NCBI RefSeq assembly: GCF_055900595.2
Contig: NZ_CM148325.1
DNA: 64,000 nucleotides
Direction: 5' to 3' (one strand)
Shown: positions 29,781 through 37,998 of the stretch, piece by piece
Layout of the letters: each line of letters opens with the position of its first letter
Numbering within the stretch: position 1 is the first letter of the stretch
Notes under the pieces: model-generated
Told to the model about the DNA's origin: nothing
Seen by the model: the letters and a program-made list of their open reading frames with translations, nothing else
The model's database searches: none
Program-made: the position numbers and the translations under genes

Positions 29781-30391
29781 GGGGCGATCCTTAGCGTATC
29801 AATCAGATGCAGCGCAGCCCCGCGGTAGTTACGGCCCACGCTGTATACATGTTCGGGAATAAAGGGATAAACGGTGAGCGTATCGCCGGTATAGTTCGTC
29901 GCGCTGAACCAGACGTATCCGTTGCTCTGCAGGCTGATCGCCAGTCCGATTAAGTGGCGTGAACAGGGTTTGGCATCATCGATCAGGCGCTCCAGCTCCA
30001 CATACATCTGCTCGGTGATGCCCTGTTCGCGCACGCCGACCTCCAGTGCGAAGGTGCCGGGAATACCTTCCGGGCGCAGTTGCCACCATTCGGTTACCCG
30101 GATAAGGAAACCGAGCGGTTCCACCGCACGTTGCAGTGCGCCGATGGTGCCTTTGTGCTGATGGATGTAGAAAGAGGCGGCAATCACCTGCCGCTTGGTA
30201 TCGACTGGCCAGTTTTCATCCCAGCGGTCAACGGAAAACGCCCATGCCAGATAAGGCAACAGCGCGGCGGGGCAGCTACCCGGTTGCCACAAGCTACGCA
30301 GCGGGACTGGCACTTGTTCAGTCAGGCTGCCGGTTTGTGCCAGATTCTGCTCCAGCGGGCTGGCATTGTTGGGGAGCAGGGAGCTATTCAT
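29777..30391 (-). CDS. I: Baseplate assembly protein I (P2 gpI-like)
   Basis: Start chosen at [15 protein letters not shown] immediately after the J stop (ORF track extends to 30460). Confidence 0.75.
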   Translation of the reverse strand: MNSSLLPNNASPLEQNLAQTGSLTEQVPVPLRSLWQPGSCPAALLPYLAWAFSVDRWDENWPVDTKRQVIAASFYIHQHKGTIGALQRAVEPLGFLIRVTEWWQLRPEGIPGTFALEVGVREQGITEQMYVELERLIDDAKPCSRHLIGLAISLQSNGYVWFSATNYTGDTLTVYPFIPEHVYSVGRNYRGAALHLIDTLRIAP

Positions 30392-31295
30392 CGCTTCCCC
30401 CGATGGCAATTTTCCATCCGGTGCAGTAGCTGGCCTGCGTTTTGTTGATAATGACATCAACGGCAGGGGAGAGCAGTTCTACGCGCTGAACACCGGTGAC
30501 ATGCAGTGCGGCGTAAATCGCGCTGCGGCGAATATCACGCCCGATCCGATGCTGGTCATTAACGTAGCTTTTTAGCCGCTGCTCGGCGGCCTGCCGAATG
30601 GGTTCCTGCTCCGGGCCAGGATAGCAATAAAGTACGGCATCAATCTGATATGGGATCACTTCGGCGGACTGAATGGTTGGGCGATCACCTACCGGACGAA
30701 TATCAATATCGTTCAGGGCGGAATCGACTATCGCCAGCAGTTCTGCGCTGGCCAGCCCGTTGCCTTCGCGGGAGAGTACCGACACGGTGACGTAACAAGG
30801 ATAGGGGCTGATAGCGGAGACGTCTGCGATACGCCCGTCTGCGCTGCGGGCGTGATATTCGTAGGCGGCGGTCGGGCCTGCGACGGACAGACCTTCAAAC
30901 GCCTGCTGTGCGCGCATTCGTAAATCGCTGTCGGATTCATAAACCGGATCAACGGGCGGTATCGCCGTACTGTCTCCGGGCGAAATTTGCAGGCGAAAAA
31001 CCTTAAAGTTAGCGACCAGATTATCCAGATCGCGCCCGGCGGCATGGGCCAGCATATTAGCAACGGCGGCTTCATTGATGCGTACCCGCAGCGCCATCTC
31101 TAAGTAAGTATTTTCCTGCAACAGCTTGACGAAGGGTTCTGATTCATAGCCCAGTGTGCGGGTAACTTCTGCTTGCTGTTCGGCAGGATACAGGCTGATA
31201 AAGCGCTGCTTGCGGGCGGTTAGCAGGGTTTCAAAATCGACTGTTTCCACCACATCGGGGATCGGTAATTGGCTTAAATCGGTCAGTGCGCTCAT
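30384..31295 (-). CDS. J: Baseplate assembly protein J (P2 gpJ-like)
   Basis: DLSQLPIPDVVETVDFETLL resembles the P2 J N-terminus; ORF track start at 31331 probably too far upstream. Confidence 0.8.
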   Translation of the reverse strand: MSALTDLSQLPIPDVVETVDFETLLTARKQRFISLYPAEQQAEVTRTLGYESEPFVKLLQENTYLEMALRVRINEAAVANMLAHAAGRDLDNLVANFKVFRLQISPGDSTAIPPVDPVYESDSDLRMRAQQAFEGLSVAGPTAAYEYHARSADGRIADVSAISPYPCYVTVSVLSREGNGLASAELLAIVDSALNDIDIRPVGDRPTIQSAEVIPYQIDAVLYCYPGPEQEPIRQAAEQRLKSYVNDQHRIGRDIRRSAIYAALHVTGVQRVELLSPAVDVIINKTQASYCTGWKIAIGGSDE

Positions 31296-31642
31296 GGACG
31301 TCTCCTGTCGATTGGAATGGAGAATGTCCACGGCTGGCCGGGGATATCGGTACGTTCGGCTTCAATAGTGACGCTAAGATCGGCATTATCCGCAGCAAAG
31401 TCCACACCGATAATCTCGATGCGGGGTTCCCAGCGCGTCAGCGCCATGACCACTGCCGACATCACCCGTAGCCGGGTAGCGCCATCGTTGGGCTGGTCGA
31501 TCAGGTTGCCGATCAGTGAGCCATAATCGCGACGCATCACGCGCGTACCTACCGGCGTGGTCAAAATATCTTTTACGGATTGCTTAATGTGCAACTCGTC
31601 GCTTAACACTCTGCCGGTTTCAGCGTTCATACCGAGGTACAT
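31292..31642 (-). CDS. W: Baseplate protein W (gp25-like)
   Basis: 116-aa ORF in the P2 V-W-J-I order. Confidence 0.75.
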   Translation of the reverse strand: MYLGMNAETGRVLSDELHIKQSVKDILTTPVGTRVMRRDYGSLIGNLIDQPNDGATRLRVMSAVVMALTRWEPRIEIIGVDFAADNADLSVTIEAERTDIPGQPWTFSIPIDRRRP

Positions 31643-32241
31643 TACTGCGGCCCTCCGGTATTGCTACCCCCGCGCTCTACGCCTGTGTGCGTGTGGGTAT
31701 GAACGGTGACGCCGTTGGAGGTAAAACTGCCGCCGCTGTGGGTGTAAGCACCTTTAAGCGTGCCGCCTTTTTTAACCGACAGCGTGGCGGTTTCCAGATG
31801 CTGGGTGCAGACGACGAGCGGTGTATCCAGCGTGACGCGGGTGCTGGCTTCGACCAGTGCGGTCTTGATGCCGGTAGCTTTTAACGTGCTGGAGCGCGGA
31901 TCATATTCAATCACCGCACCATCGGGGTAAACGCTATGGTGAACCTGTTCATCCAGCAGCGGGGCGGGGTTGGCGTCAGAGTAAATGGCCGGAAGTGCCA
32001 CGGCGGTGGTTAACTCACCGCTTAAACAGAGCAGTAACACCTGTTCGCCTGTTGATGGCCGCCACCACGTCCGGGCATCACCGGCGCGTAGCGTCAGCCA
32101 CGGTATCCAGTTGGTGGTCAGTTCACCAGTGTGAATGCGTACTCGATCGCCCTTCACCTCTTCAACGGTGCCGGTACGGATCAGGTTTTCAATGCGCCGG
32201 TGCAGCTCGGCGAGGTTGGCTGGGTGGTTTGCGTCGCTCAT
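31642..32241 (-). CDS. V: Baseplate spike/assembly protein V
   Basis: 199-aa ORF preceding W in P2 order. Confidence 0.75.
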   Translation of the reverse strand: MSDANHPANLAELHRRIENLIRTGTVEEVKGDRVRIHTGELTTNWIPWLTLRAGDARTWWRPSTGEQVLLLCLSGELTTAVALPAIYSDANPAPLLDEQVHHSVYPDGAVIEYDPRSSTLKATGIKTALVEASTRVTLDTPLVVCTQHLETATLSVKKGGTLKGAYTHSGGSFTSNGVTVHTHTHTGVERGGSNTGGPQ

Positions 32242-32312
32242 GCCGGAATCATTGGGATTCGCGGGCGAAGAGGGAAGGGCTAAGGCTTGTAGGATAATGG
32301 GCTACAAGTAAA

Positions 32313-32332
32313 ACGCCCCTGAGTAGGGGCGT
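32313..32332 (-). terminator. Weak hairpin downstream of hicB
   Basis: acgcccct-gagt-aggggcgt stem-loop 16 bp after the hicB stop; poor U-run. Confidence 0.3.
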
Positions 32333-32347
32333 TGAACGAAAAAGAGC

Positions 32348-32683
32348 TTAACCGTGCGCAGCCTTCATCAGTGTATCGTTAATCCACTGGTTAACGCTTT
32401 TACCGGAGACTTCTGCCGCAACGTTAATGGCAGAGTGAATTTCAGGTGGAATACGCAGGCTGATTTTTCCGCTGGCCGGACGCAACGGCTCCCGGCCCCG
32501 TTCCTCGCAGTAAGCCAGATAGTCGTCTACCGCCTCTTCAAACGCTTTACGCAGATCGGCAACATTATCGGCATGAAAGCCAATGACATCCCGAATGCCT
32601 GCAACGTGACCAACAATGCATTGATCTTCATCGCTGTATTCAATTTTTGCGGCATAGCCTCTATATGTCATGGTATTCATCAT
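32348..32683 (-). CDS. hicB: HicB-family antitoxin
   Basis: N-terminal HicB-like region YRGYAAKIEYSDEDQCIVGHVAGIRDVIGFHADNVADLRKAFEEAVDDYL plus C-terminal ribbon-helix-helix ISLRIPPEIHSAINVAAEVSGKSVNQWI; overlaps hicA by 4 nt. Confidence 0.7.
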   Translation of the reverse strand: MMNTMTYRGYAAKIEYSDEDQCIVGHVAGIRDVIGFHADNVADLRKAFEEAVDDYLAYCEERGREPLRPASGKISLRIPPEIHSAINVAAEVSGKSVNQWINDTLMKAAHG

Positions 32684-32943
32684 GGTGTTACCCCTACAGC
32701 TTCAAGGAATGTTCTGGCATCGCGAACCTGATAGGCTTTCGCTTCTTTTTCCGGGTGTGGACGATGAAATGAAGCCACAACCTGATTAATTTCAAACCTG
32801 ACGCGGGAACCGTTTCCTTCCGTAGCAATAGCCCCCAAAGCAATAAATAAGGCTTCTATTTTTCGCCATTCCAGCGTGACAGGTGTTGGCGTAGAAAAAA
32901 CAGCTTGTAAGGTTTTTTTATGTTTGGCGCTTAACGTATTCAT
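32680..32943 (-). CDS. hicA: HicA-family mRNA interferase toxin
   Basis: GNGSRVRF ... HRPHPEKE pattern resembling the HicA G.H / RHP core; paired with HicB. Confidence 0.6.
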   Translation of the reverse strand: MNTLSAKHKKTLQAVFSTPTPVTLEWRKIEALFIALGAIATEGNGSRVRFEINQVVASFHRPHPEKEAKAYQVRDARTFLEAVGVTP

Positions 32944-32993
32944 ACAGGGTATTTTCCATAAGTTATTTTATTCTTCCGCCAAGATATAATGAT

Positions 32994-33017
32994 GATATCA
33001 TTTTTTGATATCATTTC
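32994..33017. promoter_or_regulatory. Direct repeat GATATCATTTT x2, putative hicAB operator
   Basis: gatatcatttt at 32994-33004 and gatatcatttc at 33007-33017 in the AT-rich region upstream of hicA, alongside a TATAAT-like element. Confidence 0.35.
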
Positions 33018-33462
33018 AAGTCAGGAAGTGAACGATTAGCGCCTCTATCTTTCGCACATCCTCCGCCGAAACCCCCAGCAACTGCCTTTGTGCGTAATCC
33101 ACCTCCAACCCGTAGCGATTTACCCGATCGCGCAGGCCATACTGATGAACGGCGGCCATATGTCGAACGCTGCTGAGAAACGAAATGGTTACACCCTGCC
33201 CATCGCCTTTTCCTTTCATATAGCGTGCGGTACGCAGCTTACGGAACATCTGGCGGCGGATCTTTCCTTTTTTACTGCGTAGCTGGGGCTTACGGGGGGC
33301 GAACGATGAGCCGTCCGGGTTTTTCTGCGCGGCTATCCGCTGGCTTTGTGACTGGCGCAGGCTGCGGGCGATTTCCCGCGCCAGTTGGGTTCGGCTTGCC
33401 GGGGAGAGCTTTACGAGCAGGCCATCGGCCCAGCGGTGGAGTTGTTGCAGGTCTTCGCTCAT
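33016..33462 (-). CDS. S: Tail completion protein S
   Basis: 148-aa ORF in P2 R-S order. Confidence 0.75.
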   Translation of the reverse strand: MSEDLQQLHRWADGLLVKLSPASRTQLAREIARSLRQSQSQRIAAQKNPDGSSFAPRKPQLRSKKGKIRRQMFRKLRTARYMKGKGDGQGVTISFLSSVRHMAAVHQYGLRDRVNRYGLEVDYAQRQLLGVSAEDVRKIEALIVHFLT

Positions 33463-33920
33463 CAGGTGCTCACAATCGTTTCACCGCGACAGGCGATTTC
33501 CCAGCCGTTGTAACCGCTTTCTGGCTGCTGGTCGTTACAGTGCTTTGCTTCCAGACCACCGTCGCGCTGGCGAACAATGACGCGCTCGGTCAGCGCCAGT
33601 TTGATGCTGATATCGTAGCTTTGATGGTCGATGGCTTCGGCCTCAAACTGAAACGCCTGCTCGCGCAGGTCGCTATTGGCGAAGGCTTCCTGCTGGTGAA
33701 GCGACATCCAGCCGACCAGTAGCACCATCAGCGTATCGGGATCGGCGGCGTAGTCGGTGATCAACAGTTCCAGCGTGTACTGGTATTCAAAACTGGTGCT
33801 GCGCCCTGCGGTGGCGACGATCCGGCCCTTATTGATAAAGATCCGCAGCGCGTCCGGGTTCTGCTGTAGATGCGGGACGCTGGCGGCCAGCAGTTCACGG
33901 ATGAGCTGCGCTTTGTGCAT
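33462..33920 (-). CDS. R: Tail completion protein R
   Basis: 152-aa ORF following the lysis cassette, P2 order. Confidence 0.75.
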   Translation of the reverse strand: MHKAQLIRELLAASVPHLQQNPDALRIFINKGRIVATAGRSTSFEYQYTLELLITDYAADPDTLMVLLVGWMSLHQQEAFANSDLREQAFQFEAEAIDHQSYDISIKLALTERVIVRQRDGGLEAKHCNDQQPESGYNGWEIACRGETIVST

Positions 33921-34170
33921 CGATACGCTCCTGACAGCTAATCGTCATATCCACCTGCGCAGCGCACTGGTGCCACGCGTTTTCAGTGTCCAGCAGTGCG
34001 CGGCTTAAATCTTCATTACTCTGCGGTTGCAGCGCCGGAAGCTGGCAGGGCCTCAGTTTCGGGCAATTGACGGTAAGCCGCACTGCCGGTAATGGTGGTG
34101 TGCTGGTGCAGGCGGATAATATCAGCGGGCAAAGCAGTATCAGCCCATTCACGAAGCTGTTGATTTTCAC
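33895..34170 (-). CDS. lysC: LysC/Rz1-like outer-membrane lipoprotein spanin, partly embedded in lysB
   Basis: Signal peptide plus lipobox LILSAC and a Pro-rich mature region; alternate frame overlapping the 3' part of lysB. Confidence 0.55.
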   Translation of the reverse strand: MKINSFVNGLILLCPLILSACTSTPPLPAVRLTVNCPKLRPCQLPALQPQSNEDLSRALLDTENAWHQCAAQVDMTISCQERIDAQSAAHP

Positions 34171-34465
34171 GTTTCAGTTTCTCCAGTTGCTGATTGCGCT
34201 GCCGTAGCTGGTCATGGGCGGCGGCGGTTTGCTGTTGCAGCGTCAGGTATGCCTGCTGGTCGGCGTCGGCCTGTTGCTGGAGTTCGTCCAGTTCCCGCAC
34301 TTTTGTCATCAGGGATTCGGTCAGGCTGGCAATCTGAGTGTCGGCCAGCCTGATGTGCTGCTGCTGTTCAATAAGCTGTTCCTGCTGCGTCATACGCTGC
34401 CAGTTAGTCCAGAGCAGCATCACACCGAGCAACAGCAGCGGCGCGGCTTTCATCCAGCCCATCAT
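34016..34465 (-). CDS. lysB: LysB/Rz-like inner-membrane spanin
   Basis: N-terminal TM segment AAPLLLLGVMLLW followed by a Gln-rich coiled coil. Confidence 0.6.
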   Translation of the reverse strand: MMGWMKAAPLLLLGVMLLWTNWQRMTQQEQLIEQQQHIRLADTQIASLTESLMTKVRELDELQQQADADQQAYLTLQQQTAAAHDQLRQRNQQLEKLKRENQQLREWADTALPADIIRLHQHTTITGSAAYRQLPETEALPASGAATAE

Positions 34466-35052
34466 GCTGCCGCCTTACTGAATTTTTCGAAGGCGACCGC
34501 CAGCTTAGTATCGTACTGGTTGCGTTTGTACTGTGGCCCGTTGTAGCGGCGGGCGAACTCTGGCCAGTTCTGTACCTTCATCGCGTCGTGGATCTTCGAA
34601 TTGGCCTCAACAAAGCGCACGAAGGTATCAAGCTGCATCTGCTCGCTGTCGTTCATCTGTTTTTCAAAGTCGGCAGCAGAGGTGTAGCCCAGCGTTTTCC
34701 AGTGAAAGCCCATAATCTGGAACAGTCCCCAGCTTGCGCTCTCAATGGCGGCGGCGCTGTGGATCTGTTTCGCCAGATTCAGACGGTAGTGCTCACGGCT
34801 TCCGCCCTGATAGCCGCCTGCGCTCTTGTTCACCAGATCCGGGTAATTCTGCGCCAGCCGGTCGGCGTCCAGTCCGTGGCTTTTTAACTGGCGGTACATG
34901 ACGTGGCGTTCAAACAGAATAGCTGGGCGGCCATCGGGCAAGAAGCCGTGAGATCGGGCTTCAACCTCCTGCACTGCCTGTAATGTCGCCAGCGGGATGC
35001 CCAGATACAGCGCGGCGGCCTGCTGCTGATCATGAGTGAGTGTACGAGTCAT
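34462..35052 (-). CDS. Endolysin (probable N-acetylmuramidase, DUF3380-like)
   Basis: 196-aa ORF in the lysis cassette with ESASWGLFQIMGFHW motif; family assignment from memory. Confidence 0.6.
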   Translation of the reverse strand: MTRTLTHDQQQAAALYLGIPLATLQAVQEVEARSHGFLPDGRPAILFERHVMYRQLKSHGLDADRLAQNYPDLVNKSAGGYQGGSREHYRLNLAKQIHSAAAIESASWGLFQIMGFHWKTLGYTSAADFEKQMNDSEQMQLDTFVRFVEANSKIHDAMKVQNWPEFARRYNGPQYKRNQYDTKLAVAFEKFSKAAA

Positions 35053-35344
35053 GGCGTGGCTCCTTCGGGTGGTGACGTAAGGGTTTAATCAGGCTGGCGA
35101 CGTTGCCGCGTGCGGCAGTCAGGCAAATCAGCAGCACGATGTTGATGGCGGTTTCGGCGATAAACACGTAGCGGTACAGGCTGAAACAAATCAGTACCGC
35201 CACTGATGCGGTGCAGCACATCAGCAGCCACGCCAGCCAGCTATACAGCGGGCGATAGGTAGTACCGTGAACGCGGCGATAGAGGAACAGACGGATGGTA
35301 ATCAGCAGGCAAATAATGGCGTTAAGGCTCAGGATTAGTTTCAT
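35030..35344 (-). CDS. Small membrane protein, holin/antiholin-like
   Basis: 104 aa with three hydrophobic segments; sits between holin and endolysin. Confidence 0.45.
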   Translation of the reverse strand: MKLILSLNAIICLLITIRLFLYRRVHGTTYRPLYSWLAWLLMCCTASVAVLICFSLYRYVFIAETAINIVLLICLTAARGNVASLIKPLRHHPKEPRHDSYTHS

Positions 35345-35730
35345 TTGCGTCCCCTTAAAAAGTCGAGCAGTTGACCGGGGTTATCCAGTTGTCGGATGGC
35401 CCATAGCAGCGCCTTGACGGTAAGCGCCGATGAGAGCAGCGCCCCGATACCGGGGGAGACTTTTTCCGTCAGATGTTGCGGCAGATATCCGGCGACCAGT
35501 GCAGTGAACAGGTCGGCGGTCAGCAGGCCGATCACAAACGCCACGCAGAAGAAAATGATGCGCAGGAACAGGCCGATCTCTTTTTGCGAAATCACCAGCA
35601 GCAGCGCGCCACACAATGCGCCGAGCACCACCGGAGCCTGTAGCGTCGGGAACAGCGTGGCAATGGAGAATGCGCTTACGGAAGCGGCGACGACGGTGCC
35701 GGTTACGGGTTCGTTCATAGTCAGTCCCAC
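35341..35730 (-). CDS. Holin (P2 gpY-like)
   Basis: 129-aa protein with multiple hydrophobic helices and a charged C-terminus, located after X. Confidence 0.55.
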   Translation of the reverse strand: MGLTMNEPVTGTVVAASVSAFSIATLFPTLQAPVVLGALCGALLLVISQKEIGLFLRIIFFCVAFVIGLLTADLFTALVAGYLPQHLTEKVSPGIGALLSSALTVKALLWAIRQLDNPGQLLDFLRGRK

Positions 35731-35924
35731 AGGTTGATTCGTTGACGTTCGGCGGCGGGAGCCTGTTCAGGTACGTTCACCGCCGTACCGTGCGGCAGGC
35801 GCAGCGGCAGTTCGCATAGGCGCGGGTTGTCGCGGTAAAGCCGTTCGACAATCCCGGCAGTGCGCCCGAAGGTGCGCCAGCAGAGCTGGTCGAGCGTTTC
35901 GTTTTGCAGGCTATAGACAATCAT
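35721..35924 (-). CDS. X: Tail protein X (LysM-like)
   Basis: 67-aa ORF, same size and position as P2 gpX (MIVYSLQNETLDQLCWRTFGRTAG). Confidence 0.7.
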   Translation of the reverse strand: MIVYSLQNETLDQLCWRTFGRTAGIVERLYRDNPRLCELPLRLPHGTAVNVPEQAPAAERQRINLWD

Positions 35925-36038
35925 GGTGTTTCCCGCGCGGCGTCAGGTGATGCGGGGATGGTGGCACAGGGGCGGGAAGTGAAGGGAAGGCTTCCGCTTG
36001 TAACTGAGGACAGTACAAGCGGAAGCGATTGGCGAGGG

Positions 36039-36359
36039 CTATGCCTCGTCGCTGTCGGTATTGATGATTTTCAGTTCAGCGGACTTCTGGAGCTGGATCA
36101 GCGCCGGGATCAGAAGCGCGGTAGCCGACAGGCCGTGCCCTAACTGGCACAGGCTTTCAGCGGAGAATTCCAGCACGTTGCTGTCGGCAAAGGAGACGAA
36201 GGTTTTACCCAGAAAATGCAGGCCGTGACATAGCCCGGCATAGCACTCTTCGCTGCTGTTGGCCAGTTGCAGAGTATCGTCGGCGTTCAGGTGTGAAATA
36301 TCCAGCTTGCGGATCGCGTCCGCCAGTTCAGAGGACAGAATATTGGTTTCAGGCACCAT
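36039..36359 (-). CDS. Hypothetical acidic protein (accessory)
   Basis: 106-aa ORF between L and X, where P2 has no gene. Confidence 0.4.
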   Translation of the reverse strand: MVPETNILSSELADAIRKLDISHLNADDTLQLANSSEECYAGLCHGLHFLGKTFVSFADSNVLEFSAESLCQLGHGLSATALLIPALIQLQKSAELKIINTDSDEA

Positions 36360-36520
36360 GGCGCACCTCCAGCGGTTTGCAGGAGACGAACACCAGCGGG
36401 AAACCCGCCAGCAGGCCGCGAGCCTCTGTCTCTGTTGTCGCCAGTACGGATACCAGACGCAGTGGCTGGATCTCGCGCAGCAGGCGGTTGGAACGGGCGT
36501 TCAGGAAGGTGTAGAGCTTA
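36353..36520 (-). CDS. Small hypothetical protein (about 55 aa), not in ORF track
   Basis: Hand translation of the minus strand gives MPKLYTFLNARSNRLLREIQPLRLVSVLATTETEARGLLAGFPLVFVSCKPLEVRHGA between two flanking small genes. Confidence 0.3.
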
Positions 36521-36757
36521 GGCATGGTTCACCTCCTCTACCGGGGTGCTACGTGGGGGATTGAACGACTGAGCGATAACGCTCAGTGCCTGCTTACCTT
36601 CGGGATGCGCAAGACGGTAGTAAGTTAACAGGACTTGCTCCTGTGGGCTGAGATCGTCCCACGTGAGAGTTGTGTTACTATTAGCGGTAGCCATAGCATT
36701 ACCTCGATTAATGTTGTGGTTAGATGCCTTGGCAGTGTTCGCGCACTGTCGGGGCAT
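36518..36757 (-). CDS. Small hypothetical protein (accessory)
   Basis: 79-aa ORF; likely start at MATANSNTTLTWDDLSPQEQ. Confidence 0.35.
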   Translation of the reverse strand: MPRQCANTAKASNHNINRGNAMATANSNTTLTWDDLSPQEQVLLTYYRLAHPEGKQALSVIAQSFNPPRSTPVEEVNHA

Positions 36758-36836
36758 TGTTATTTATGTCATGTGATAGTAATGTGTCATCACACAGTAC
36801 TACATTAACCTGAGTGTGATTTAGGTGTCAATACAC

Positions 36837-37004
36837 ATGAATGAAAGAAGAGGAAATCCTCCGTTTCAGTTTCGACTCGATCCTGAACTGAGAAACGCGA
36901 TGGAAGAAGCTAAAAAGCAAGATGGTGATGAATCACTGGCTGCGTGGATTAAGCGAATTATCAGAAAAGAGCTTCAGTCACGGGGTATAGAACCAAAAGA
37001 TTAG
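36837..37004 (+). CDS. Ribbon-helix-helix (CopG/Arc-like) small DNA-binding protein, not in ORF track
   Basis: Hand translation MNERRGNPPFQFRLDPELRNAMEEAKKQDGDESLAAWIKRIIRKELQSRGIEPKD; beta-strand FRLDPEL followed by two helices is typical of RHH. Confidence 0.4.
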   Translation: MNERRGNPPFQFRLDPELRNAMEEAKKQDGDESLAAWIKRIIRKELQSRGIEPKD

Positions 37005-37050
37005 CAGATAGGTATATACTTTGAATAAAGAGTATTAGAGGTAAAAAATA

Positions 37051-37239
37051 ATGGCGAAGAATAGCAGTCCTGCCAGCCGATACGGTATCAAGGTCGTAAA
37101 AAGAGACAGTATGAGCGGGCAGTTTGTACCCGTCGAAATGAAGCTGGACGGCCCGGAAGGTGAGCGTGTGATTAAAAAGTCGGCAGAGCGTATTTATGCC
37201 AGACACAACAAAGTCATTAAGGCGCTGGCTAACCGATGA
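37051..37239 (+). CDS. Putative antitoxin partner of the Doc-family toxin
   Basis: 62-aa ORF whose stop overlaps the Doc start by 4 nt. Confidence 0.4.
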   Translation: MAKNSSPASRYGIKVVKRDSMSGQFVPVEMKLDGPEGERVIKKSAERIYARHNKVIKALANR

Positions 37240-37613
37240 TTGATGCACATTTGGTGATTGGAATTCACGACTTTATTCTTGCTCATGAGCCGGGATTGGT
37301 TGGTTATCAGGATGCTGGCCGGGTCGAGGCAACACTGGCACGGGTGGATAACCGTATTCTGTATGAGCAGATGAATGATATTTTCCAGATCGCCGCATCT
37401 TATGCGGTTGCCATCGCCAGAGGGCACGTTTTTGCTGATGCCAACAAGCGAACGGCACTGGTGACGGCGTTGACATACCTTGATATGCAGGGTGTGAACC
37501 TCAAGCGAACACAAAAGCTGGAAGATATTATGGTGGATGTGGCTGAGGGAACGCTAAATCTGGATGATTTAGCCGATATTTTCTATACCCTTAGTGATGT
37601 AAATGCTTCCTGA
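37236..37613 (+). CDS. doc: Doc/Fic-family toxin
   Basis: Contains the Fic/Doc signature HVFADANKRTALV (HxFx(D/N)(A/G)NKR). Confidence 0.75.
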   Translation: MIDAHLVIGIHDFILAHEPGLVGYQDAGRVEATLARVDNRILYEQMNDIFQIAASYAVAIARGHVFADANKRTALVTALTYLDMQGVNLKRTQKLEDIMVDVAEGTLNLDDLADIFYTLSDVNAS

Positions 37614-37645
37614 CGTTACAGCCCGACAGATCGGGCTGTTTTTAA

Positions 37646-37882
37646 TTATGCCGCCTCAATACCCGCGTTGGTTAACATATAGTGGCCCCAGTGGTTTTTT
37701 TTCAGGTAACCGGCCAGTTCCATCTGCGTCACAATAAATTCAGCGTTAACCATTTCTATACCTGCGTAGTCGGCCAGATCGCGCAGCGGCCATGTGCTGC
37801 GAACGCCGACGCTAACTATGGTGTCTCTGATGCGGCGAGCGGTATCGGTCATTGGGCGGGTTCTGGCTGCCTGAATAGTCAT
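37646..37882 (-). CDS. Small putative winged-helix DNA-binding protein (PapI/FaeA-like?)
   Basis: 78 aa; C-terminal DLADYAGIEMVNAEFIVTQMELAGYLKK...GHYMLT loosely resembles PapI/FaeA-type winged-helix regulators; weak call. Confidence 0.3.
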   Translation of the reverse strand: MTIQAARTRPMTDTARRIRDTIVSVGVRSTWPLRDLADYAGIEMVNAEFIVTQMELAGYLKKNHWGHYMLTNAGIEAA

Positions 37883-37998
37883 GGTATTTTCCCCTGTAGA
37901 TTCTTTCTGTTAGGTCAGACACTAACTCTGGTGGGGAAGGGGCATCCAGCGTTCAGATGAGGCGATACGGTGATGCGCATCGCATATCCGTACTCTTT

